From positions 62,001 to 126,000 of IMG/VR virus record IMGVR_UViG_3300047157_000197: DNA of 64,000 nt. One strand, written 5' to 3'. A program made the translations under genes and the position numbers. A model generated the notes under the pieces. That model was not told where the DNA came from and made no database searches. It was given only the letters and a program-made list of their open reading frames with translations. Shown piece after piece: positions 56,449-64,000 of the stretch (positions are counted from its first letter, which is position 1; each line of letters opens with the position of its first letter).

Positions 56449-58056
56449 ATGGCAAATTTTGATTTATCTAAATTAATGGAAGGAAAGAACCCACAACAAG
56501 TGATGCTAGCTGAAACTAGAGAACTTAAAGGTAAATGGGAACAAACTGGACTTCTTGAAGGTTTAGGAGAGAGAGAACAATCACAGGTATCTGTATTGTT
56601 AGAAAACCAAGCAAAACAATTGCTTGATGAAGCTACTGCTACCGGTACAGGTGGTGGAAATGAAGAGTGGAGTGGAGTAGCTCTACCATTAGTAAGACGT
56701 ATCTTCGGTGAAATTGCATCGAAAGAATTCGTTAGTGTACAACCAATGAACTTACCATCTGGACTAATCTTTTATCTAGATTTCAAATACGGTTCAGCTC
56801 AACCAGGAAACCCATCATTCAGCGGAAATTCACTTTTCGGTGGTACAGGTGCAGACCTTGGTTCAACTGATTCTGCTGTAAATGGTCTTTATGGTGAAGG
56901 TAGATTTGCATATACTGCAAATGACGTATCTGATTCAGTAGGTAATAGTGATTTAACTATCGCTTCTGCTTCTTGGGCAGATGTAAATTATGATGCATCA
57001 TTATCAGCTTCAGTTGCTGATGGTTCATTAGCTAGTATTAAATTTAACGCATCTGAATTAGTAAGACCTGATTTAGACGGTGTAAGAAGTTTTTACATCT
57101 CATCTTCAGATTTCGCATCTGCAGATTCTTATTACCCAGCACACTCTAGTGTTTCTGGTGTTGTAGGTTCAGAAGTAATTACTACATTCGCAAAAATCTC
57201 ATCTTTAGGTGGTGATTTAGCAGTTAAACATTCACAACAACCAATCGCTGCAAACAGAGGAGACTTCGAAGATGCTTCTCCATCTGAACCTGCAACTGAT
57301 ATAGGTATTCCAGAAGTTGATTTAGAACTTAAGTCTGAAGCAATTGTTGCTAAGACAAGAAAACTAAAGGCTGTATGGACACCTGAATTGGCTCAAGATT
57401 TAAATGCATACCACAGTATTGATGCTGAGGCTGAATTAACTTCAATGTTATCTGAGTACATCTCATTAGAGATTGACCTAGAAATCCTTGATATGTTAAA
57501 GTCTAACGCGTTAACAACTGAATACTGGTCTGTATCTTTAGGTGAAGAGTATGATGCAAACACAAGTGGTTGGGTTGCTGGAAGTAATTCTGCAGCTTAT
57601 ACTAAAAACTCTTGGTTCCAAACTTTAGGAGCTAAGTTGAATAAAGTATCTAACAAGATACACCAATTAACTTTAAGAGGTGGAGCTAACTTCGTTGTTG
57701 CTTCTCCTGACGTATGTACAATTTTAGAATCTATTCCAGGATTTGCAGTTTCAGCTGATAAAGATGCTTCATCTTTCGCTGCAGGTGTAACTACTGTTGG
57801 TTCTTTATCAAACAGATATACAGTTTACAAGAACCCTTATATGACTTCTAACGAAATCTTATTAGGATTCAAAGGAAGTAATTTCCTTGAGACTGGAGCT
57901 GTTTATGCACCATATGTACCGTTAATTATGACTCCACTTGTATATGACCCAACTAACTTTACACCAAGAAGAGGTGTAATGACTAGATACGCTAAGAAAA
58001 TGGTAAGACCAGAATTCTATGGTAAAATCTATGTTAAAGATTTAAACAACTTATAG
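56449..58056 (+). CDS. Major capsid protein (T4 gp23-like)
   Basis: LLENQ, LPLVRR, VQPMNLPSGLIFYL, KTRKLKAVWT.ELAQDL.A.H.IDAEAEL, YAPYVPL, GVMTRYA. Confidence 0.97.
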   Translation: MANFDLSKLMEGKNPQQVMLAETRELKGKWEQTGLLEGLGEREQSQVSVLLENQAKQLLDEATATGTGGGNEEWSGVALPLVRRIFGEIASKEFVSVQPMNLPSGLIFYLDFKYGSAQPGNPSFSGNSLFGGTGADLGSTDSAVNGLYGEGRFAYTANDVSDSVGNSDLTIASASWADVNYDASLSASVADGSLASIKFNASELVRPDLDGVRSFYISSSDFASADSYYPAHSSVSGVVGSEVITTFAKISSLGGDLAVKHSQQPIAANRGDFEDASPSEPATDIGIPEVDLELKSEAIVAKTRKLKAVWTPELAQDLNAYHSIDAEAELTSMLSEYISLEIDLEILDMLKSNALTTEYWSVSLGEEYDANTSGWVAGSNSAAYTKNSWFQTLGAKLNKVSNKIHQLTLRGGANFVVASPDVCTILESIPGFAVSADKDASSFAAGVTTVGSLSNRYTVYKNPYMTSNEILLGFKGSNFLETGAVYAPYVPLIMTPLVYDPTNFTPRRGVMTRYAKKMVRPEFYGKIYVKDLNNL

Positions 58057-58107
58057 TAGTTGATTAAAACTTGTTAAATAGGTCATTACAAATGTGATGA
58101 TAAAACT

Positions 58108-58142
58108 AAGAGAGATTCCGAAAGGTTTCTCTCTTTTTTTTT
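58108..58142 (+). terminator. Rho-independent terminator after capsid gene
   Basis: AAGAGAGA-TTCC-GAAA-GGTT-TCTCTCTT followed by long T run. Confidence 0.9.
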
Positions 58143-58162
58143 ACTTCCTTTTGAATAAATTT

Positions 58163-58171
58163 ATATTTATA
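58163..58171 (+). promoter_or_regulatory. ATATTTATA putative promoter
   Basis: Followed by TAAGGAG SD and ATG 58206. Confidence 0.65.
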
Positions 58172-58205
58172 AGAGTATAATTGTATAATAAGGAGTTAAG
58201 AAAAT

Positions 58206-59357
58206 ATGTCACAAGCAAGAATTTGGACAGGTTCAGCTGATTTTTCATCAGGTTCCTCTACACCATTTGGTACTTATGATTCAGATATAGTATTTCAATC
58301 AGATGCACCTAAGATAGCATCATGGTGTGCTAAAAGATTAGGATATCCAATCATTGATATTGAATTAGAAGGTGAAAACTTTTTCGCAGTATTTGAAGAA
58401 GCAGTAAGTGAATATTCTTCACAAGTAAATCAATTTAATATAAGAAATAATCTTGGTTCGTTAGAAGGTCAACCAACCGGTGCTAATTATCAAGGTAGTT
58501 CGGTACAAGGTTCAGAACTAAATAATACAGTAACTATTGCAGAAACTTATGGTAACTTTGCAAACGTTGGTGGTAGAACTGATATCAAAAAAGGTTCAAT
58601 AGATGTAACTACTGCTTCCCAAACATATGATTTACAGGCTCTTTATGGAGATGTATCTGAAAGTGGTGAAAGAATTGATGTAACTAAAGTATTTTACGAA
58701 ACAACTCCAGCAATTAACAGATTCTTTGACCCATATTCAGTTAGTGGACAAGGAACACTTAACTTAGTTGATGAATTTGGATTTGGTTCATTCTCACCAG
58801 CGGCACAATTTATAATGATGCCAATTTATGAGGATATGTTAAGGATTCAACAGATTGAATTCAATGACCAAATGAGAAAATCTGCACATTCATTCAATAT
58901 AGTAAACAATAAAATAACAATTTTACCAAAACCTGCATCAGATTACAAACTTTGGTTTGAATATCAAGTTGTAAAAGATAGAAGAGAAAACTCTACTATT
59001 ATAGTTCCAAACGTAGTATCAGATTATTCAAATATTGGATATAACTTTGCAGAATATTCTAAAATAAATGATGTTGGTAAACAATGGGTTAGAAAATATA
59101 CTCTTGCACTTGCAAAAGAGATGTTAGGTGCAGTTAGAGAAAAATATAGTACAATTCCAATACCAGGTTCAGAAGTTTCTTTAGATGGTTCTGCATTAAG
59201 AGCTGAGGCACAAACAGAAAAAGATGCTCTTATAGAACAACTAAGAGAAAATCTTAATGAAGTAAGTAAAAAAGTAAGAATAGAGAACGAAGCTTCTATG
59301 GTTGACCAACAACAAACAATCATAAACAAAGTTCCACTAGCAATTTATATAGGATAA
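58206..59357 (+). CDS. Neck protein (T4 gp13-like)
   Basis: RLGYPIIDIEL, WVRKYTLALAKEMLG..R.KY..IP.PG..VSLDG..L..EA. Confidence 0.8.
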   Translation: MSQARIWTGSADFSSGSSTPFGTYDSDIVFQSDAPKIASWCAKRLGYPIIDIELEGENFFAVFEEAVSEYSSQVNQFNIRNNLGSLEGQPTGANYQGSSVQGSELNNTVTIAETYGNFANVGGRTDIKKGSIDVTTASQTYDLQALYGDVSESGERIDVTKVFYETTPAINRFFDPYSVSGQGTLNLVDEFGFGSFSPAAQFIMMPIYEDMLRIQQIEFNDQMRKSAHSFNIVNNKITILPKPASDYKLWFEYQVVKDRRENSTIIVPNVVSDYSNIGYNFAEYSKINDVGKQWVRKYTLALAKEMLGAVREKYSTIPIPGSEVSLDGSALRAEAQTEKDALIEQLRENLNEVSKKVRIENEASMVDQQQTIINKVPLAIYIG

Positions 59358-59361
59358 CGAT

Positions 59362-59925
59362 ATGCCGAAGTTTTTTAATTCACGAGATTTGGATTTCATA
59401 AAAACTATCTCCGAGGAGGTAGTAGATTATGTAGTAGAACAAGCAGTAACCTTGTTCAAGGTATCTGTGGGTGAAACTAAAACTAATTTATATGGTGAAT
59501 CTCTTGGTAAAGTATGGAGAGCACCTTCTACTATTATGGCGATAGTAGATAGAGAACCAATGAATGTAGTTTACGAAGGATTTGGTGCAGATAAACAACA
59601 AGCAGTTGAATTTAGGTTCAATAGAGAACGATTAAGAGAAACTTCACACTCAGTTCCTAAAATTAGAGATGTAAACGGTACATTAATACCAACAGAAGCA
59701 ATACAAAACTTATCAGTTGGTTATCCTGAGATTGGAGATGTTATTTTATTTGATGGTATCTATTATGAAATGGATAACATACGAGAAAACCAAAGAATTG
59801 GTGGACAACCTCAAATTTACGATAAAGAAACAAATACATTCCAAAATTCTAACAATACACTTATTGGTGTTGGATTTATGGTAAGAAGAAGTCAAATTCA
59901 AATAGATGAAAGGATATATCACTAA
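59362..59925 (+). CDS. Head completion/neck protein (T4 gp14-like)
   Basis: NLYGES, PEIGDVI...YYE; position after neck gene. Confidence 0.65.
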   Translation: MPKFFNSRDLDFIKTISEEVVDYVVEQAVTLFKVSVGETKTNLYGESLGKVWRAPSTIMAIVDREPMNVVYEGFGADKQQAVEFRFNRERLRETSHSVPKIRDVNGTLIPTEAIQNLSVGYPEIGDVILFDGIYYEMDNIRENQRIGGQPQIYDKETNTFQNSNNTLIGVGFMVRRSQIQIDERIYH

Positions 59926-61085
59926 TGGCAATCGACCCATTAAAAAATATAAAACAGAATAAAGCTCTTCAATATAAAAAAGAAAGTATTGAACAAGGAA
60001 AGGGTGTAAAATTATATGATGTGGATATGGCAATTGCCGAACACATGATAGATACCGTATTACCTACTGTTGAAATCTTCCAAGAGAAACAAAAGATACC
60101 AGTTGTGTATGGAAATCCTGAAAGATGGAAATCTGTACAAAAAGATGGGTATTTAAGAGATAAAAAAGGAGTATTACAAATTCCATTGGTAATGTTTAAA
60201 AGAAACTCTATTAATAGAGATGATGCGTTATCAAATACAATGAATAGACACGTTTCATACCCTTCAGTATCAAGATATTCAAAAAAACACAGATATGATA
60301 AGTTTTCAGCAATGACTGGAACACAAAAACCAGTTGAATTATATGATATTGTAATACCTGATTATGTAAACATTACATATGAAGTAATCATTTGGACTGA
60401 TTTTACAGAACACATGAATAAAATTGTTGAAGCCTTCCAATATGCAACAGATGAGTATTGGGGAGATAAGGGTGGATTTAAATTTAGAGTAAAAATAGAT
60501 TCATTTGATAATACAACCGAAGTAAGTGAAGGTTCTCAGAGAATAGTTAGAACTAATTTTACAATGGCAGTTTATGCTTATCTTTTACCAGAACAATTCG
60601 ATAATCAATCTACTCATAAAAAATCAATGAGTGCCAAAAAAGTAGTTTGGGGAATGGAAACCGATTTAACTGGTTTAAGTGGTGGTAATGTTACTAATTC
60701 TTCAATTAAACAGAATTTAGTTAATGAATATGCAGATGCAATAGATTTTTTATCAATTAGAGGTTCAAAACAAGGTTCATTTGTAGATGCAGATACTATG
60801 AAACTTACAAACGTAGAACTACCAAAACTTCCACCCGAATTAATTGGTACGTTTGATGAGGATGAGTGGTTTAGAGTTTACATCAATGGAGTATTTATTC
60901 CAAAAACAAAATACAATTTTGTACATGGGGATTCTGTTGATGAAATCGTATTTAATTTCGCAACAGGTTCACTTTCAGTAGGTGGAACATATCCTACTGA
61001 TTTACAATCAACTCAAACTGAGTTAGGATATATTTTAGAAAATACAGATGAATTTGGTATAACTGGTAAATTTATAGAATTATAA
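59925..61085 (+). CDS. Tail completion/terminator-like protein with extra C-terminal beta domain
   Basis: IPVVYGNPERW, IPLVMFKR, PDYVNITYEVIIWT..EHMNKIVE. Confidence 0.6.
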   Translation: MAIDPLKNIKQNKALQYKKESIEQGKGVKLYDVDMAIAEHMIDTVLPTVEIFQEKQKIPVVYGNPERWKSVQKDGYLRDKKGVLQIPLVMFKRNSINRDDALSNTMNRHVSYPSVSRYSKKHRYDKFSAMTGTQKPVELYDIVIPDYVNITYEVIIWTDFTEHMNKIVEAFQYATDEYWGDKGGFKFRVKIDSFDNTTEVSEGSQRIVRTNFTMAVYAYLLPEQFDNQSTHKKSMSAKKVVWGMETDLTGLSGGNVTNSSIKQNLVNEYADAIDFLSIRGSKQGSFVDADTMKLTNVELPKLPPELIGTFDEDEWFRVYINGVFIPKTKYNFVHGDSVDEIVFNFATGSLSVGGTYPTDLQSTQTELGYILENTDEFGITGKFIEL

Positions 61086-61414
61086 TGGCATTAAAAGATT
61101 TACAAAAAATATTACAACAAGTACATGAACCCGATGAATATCAGTTGGTTGCTCACGACCTGACTCACGAGTATTATTGGATATGGAAACTTGAAAATGG
61201 TAAGATGAAAGATTTAGATTTAAATTTAAGACAGTTTAGGCCGGAACATGCAAGATTTGATATATTTATTAATGGTCAATATATTTTAGAAGATGATTAT
61301 ATTCAAGAACATAGTGGAAAAAATCTACTTGTAAAGTTTAAAAAGTCAAATTTTGATTTTATTTTAGAAGAAGATGATGTTATAAAGATAGAAGGAGATA
61401 TACAAGTAGGATGA
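61085..61414 (+). CDS. Small structural protein
   Basis: FDIFINGQYI motif shared with neighbours. Confidence 0.5.
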   Translation: MALKDLQKILQQVHEPDEYQLVAHDLTHEYYWIWKLENGKMKDLDLNLRQFRPEHARFDIFINGQYILEDDYIQEHSGKNLLVKFKKSNFDFILEEDDVIKIEGDIQVG

Positions 61415-61779
61415 GTTCAAGAAAAAAACCAAATATTGTAACCCCATTTGATGATAAACAAAGGTTTAAAAATTTAATACAAGATGTATTTAATGATATG
61501 GAAATCTTCAGTCATGTACCAGATTCTATTAGTTTAAATGGTGTTTTATTTACATTAACTCTTAGTAATAAGAAATTTGTATATGAAGAGGTAAGTGTAG
61601 ACAACTTATCTGACTATATTGATATTTATTTACAAGGAATAAAGAAGATGGCAAGTACATATTCAGTTACAGATAATGGAACAGATATAGTAATTAATTT
61701 TACTGAAAATATAACACTTGTCCCTGCTGATATAGTGAATACAGATTTTTCAGTAAAAGGAAAGATAGTGAGTAGATAA
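61411..61779 (+). CDS. Small structural protein
   Basis: IDIYLQGIK...IVINF motif shared with neighbours. Confidence 0.5.
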   Translation: MSSRKKPNIVTPFDDKQRFKNLIQDVFNDMEIFSHVPDSISLNGVLFTLTLSNKKFVYEEVSVDNLSDYIDIYLQGIKKMASTYSVTDNGTDIVINFTENITLVPADIVNTDFSVKGKIVSR

Positions 61780-61781
61780 GA

Positions 61782-64000
61782 ATGGCAACATTAATTCAAA
61801 GTAAACAGGTACAAGGGGTAGTAACCGCATCGGTAATCGAGGGGGATTTCGCTGTAAACGCAGGTTCGGTTAACTTAGCAGCTGCAAGTGGTGTAACTGG
61901 TTCATTTAGTGGTTCATTCGTTGGTGATGGTAGTGGATTACAAGGAATAGATTATTCTCAAATAATTAATACACCTGTATTTCTACCAGGAAACAATATA
62001 ACAATCACATCTGGTAGTAATATCATTACTATAACTTCAACTGCAAGTGGTGGAGGTGGTTCAAACGAATCTTTAAACTCATTTACTGCATCATACTATA
62101 CAGATTCTTCATCATTTGATTCAAGAATTGTAGGTATTTCTGCAAGTGGTAGTGGTGCTGATTGGAATACTAATTTACAAAATATTCCAAATGGAATTAT
62201 TAGTGGTTCTATTCAAATTCTTGGTGGAACTGATATTATTAGTAGTTCTGCTCAAATATCATCTTTAGGATTTTTAACATCATCACATACAGATATATCA
62301 TCTTTAAATGATTATACTGCATCAAATGATTTAAGATTAACTAATTTAGAATCAACAACTTCTTCATTAGATACACGAATAACTCAATTATCAGATACGA
62401 CTGGTTCTTATGAAACAATAGGTAGAGGGATAATAAGTTCATCAGAACAATTCCCAAGTGGTATTGTTTCAAGTTCGGTTCAAATATTAGGTGGGACAGG
62501 AATCCTTAGTGGTTCACATAGTGATTTATCATCATTAAATACATACACATCATCTACTGATGAAAGATTATCAAATATAGAAGCTGCAACTGGTTCTTAC
62601 TTAACAAGTGATAGTGATTCTCAAACACTTTCTATAAGTGGAGACCAATTAACAATATCAAGTGGTAATGTTGTAACTATACCAACTGGTTCAAGTGCAG
62701 TAGAAGGAACTATTAGTGGTTCACAACAAATAACTGATTTAGGATTCATTTCTTCATCACATACAGATGTAACTCATTTAAATACGTTTACTTCATCAAT
62801 ACAAACCGAAGTAGATGCATTATCTGCAGCAACATCATCGTATTTAACAAGTGAAACTGATTCTCAAACACTTTCTATAAGTGGAGACCAACTTACAATA
62901 TCAAGTGGTAATACAATAACAATACCAAGTGGTAGTAGTGGTACAACAGATTATACTCAACTTACAAATGTTCCAAGTGGATTAGTAAGTGGTTCATCTC
63001 AAGTAGATTATGATGTTCTAACTGGTGGTAAAGGATTACTTAGTGGTTCTCATACAGATATAAGTTCATTAAATGATTATACATCATCAACCGATACACG
63101 ATTAAGTGGTATAGATTCAATAACTTCTTCTTTAGAACAAAGAGTTAGTGAAATTGAATCAAATACAGGTTCATATGATGATTTAACAAATATAACACAC
63201 TTAAATACATTTACATCTTCTTATTATACTGATTCTGCATCATTTGATACTCAGATATCAACTGAAAAGGGTAGAATAGATAATATACTAAGTGGTGCTA
63301 ATGCAGATTACGACCAATTCGTAGAAATTGTTAATTTAGTTAACTCAACTGATACAGAAAACGATACGGCATTTGCAAACCATTATACTTCAAGTAGACA
63401 AAGGTTAACTGCTCTTGAAACATTCACATCATCAATAGATACAAGTATAAAATCTAAATTAGATTCTGATGGTGTATTTAGTGGTTCATTAGTTGCAGGT
63501 GAAAATATAACAATAAATGTAGATGGTAGTAACTATATTATATCATCTTCTGCAAGTGGTGGTAGTTCAAGTGTAACTGTTTCAGATTCTGCACCAAGTT
63601 CTCCATCACAAGGAGATTTATGGTGGAAATCAGATGATGGTAATCTTTATGTTTACTATGATGGGTATTGGGTAATTTCACTTGATACTACATCTACTTT
63701 ACCAAGTGGTGTAATTAGTGGTTCATCTCAATTAACTTCTTCTTATGATACAAGATATTCTTTAAGTGGTTCAAGTGGTGTATCTGATTATACTGATTTA
63801 ACAAATATACCTACTAATATTATTAGTGGTTCACAACAAATTACTGATTTAGGATTTATATCCTCATCACATACTGTAATTGACTCGTTAAATACATTTA
63901 CTTCATCAATACAAACAGAAGTAAATGCTATATCTGCTCAAACATCATCTTACCTAACAGAACTTCCTGATGGATTAGTTTCTGGTTCTGTTCTTAGAAC
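61782..64000 (+). CDS. Ser/Gly/Thr-rich fibre-like structural protein (partial, runs off window)
   Basis: MATLIQSKQVQGVVTAS...; repeats ISGSQQITDLGFISSSH, LNTFTSS, DSQTLSISGDQLTISSG; PSSPSQGDLWWKSDDGNLYVYY module; frame read in part only. Confidence 0.7.
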   Translation, partial: MATLIQSKQVQGVVTASVIEGDFAVNAGSVNLAAASGVTGSFSGSFVGDGSGLQGIDYSQIINTPVFLPGNNITITSGSNIITITSTASGGGGSNESLNSFTASYYTDSSSFDSRIVGISASGSGADWNTNLQNIPNGIISGSIQILGGTDIISSSAQISSLGFLTSSHTDISSLNDYTASNDLRLTNLESTTSSLDTRITQLSDTTGSYETIGRGIISSSEQFPSGIVSSSVQILGGTGILSGSHSDLSSLNTYTSSTDERLSNIEAATGSYLTSDSDSQTLSISGDQLTISSGNVVTIPTGSSAVEGTISGSQQITDLGFISSSHTDVTHLNTFTSSIQTEVDALSAATSSYLTSETDSQTLSISGDQLTISSGNTITIPSGSSGTTDYTQLTNVPSGLVSGSSQVDYDVLTGGKGLLSGSHTDISSLNDYTSSTDTRLSGIDSITSSLEQRVSEIESNTGSYDDLTNITHLNTFTSSYYTDSASFDTQISTEKGRIDNILSGANADYDQFVEIVNLVNSTDTENDTAFANHYTSSRQRLTALETFTSSIDTSIKSKLDSDGVFSGSLVAGENITINVDGSNYIISSSASGGSSSVTVSDSAPSSPSQGDLWWKSDDGNLYVYYDGYWVISLDTTSTLPSGVISGSSQLTSSYDTRYSLSGSSGVSDYTDLTNIPTNIISGSQQITDLGFISSSHTVIDSLNTFTSSIQTEVNAISAQTSSYLTELPDGLVSGSVLR

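Noticed and set aside
560-58171. T4-type TATAAATA late promoters driving minus-strand transcripts
   Set aside because: Copies sit directly upstream of + strand genes with SDs and there are no minus-strand genes to serve, except at 8881
781-60033. Many minus-strand and out-of-frame ORFs in the track (e.g. 781-1041, 14953-15450, 46343-46684, 54193-54678, 55371-55725)
   Set aside because: They lie inside long motif-bearing + strand genes, have shadow-type composition (poly-S/L opposite Glu-rich tracts) and no RBS or promoter
62610-63930. Near-identical repeats in fibre genes as DGR template/variable repeats
   Set aside because: Differences are mostly synonymous and not adenine-specific; no reverse transcriptase in the window
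1-64000. Alternative genetic code (stop reassignment) as in some jumbo phages
   Set aside because: Genes are full length and tightly packed under the standard code; the two breaks are frameshifts, not in-frame stops
1-64000. tRNA or rRNA genes
   Set aside because: No intergenic space or cloverleaf/T-loop signatures seen by eye; tRNAscan not run

Overview
A 64-kb, very AT-rich, almost fully coding (+ strand, standard code) segment of a large T4-like (jumbo) myophage, most likely infecting Bacteroidota/Flavobacteria (host-type TTTG-N20-TAnnTTT promoters, bS21 gene, Bacteroidota-style lipoprotein). Order: baseplate/tail-type genes; sulfotransferase, GIY-YIG nuclease, primase, Mre11-Rad50 fusion; a 7-kb tail fibre (split by a +1 frameshift) with S74 chaperone; a Hint-domain fibre-associated protein; a ~17-kb glycan synthesis cluster; a 1735-aa multi-enzyme protein; terminase, portal, many internal head proteins, prohead protease, bS21, scaffold, major capsid, neck/tail completion, and a Ser-rich fibre running off the end. 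Most striking: (1) head-region genes encode polyproteins whose modules are separated by prohead-protease-type linkers (ESVNE, often the identical 15-mer GAATCAGTAAACGAA), suggesting a shufflable, virion-packaged cargo library; (2) the 1735-aa protein uses similar linkers to join a HIGH nucleotidyltransferase, an HD phosphoesterase, a CCA-adding enzyme and an RNA-ligase-like domain, a candidate packaged tRNA-repair kit; (3) a phage bS21 together with SD sequences on structural genes in a host lineage that normally masks its anti-SD; (4) a glycan cluster with GT7-lectin fusions and branched-sugar enzymes next to SGS-rich virion proteins. No database searches were run; all family calls come from motifs read by eye.
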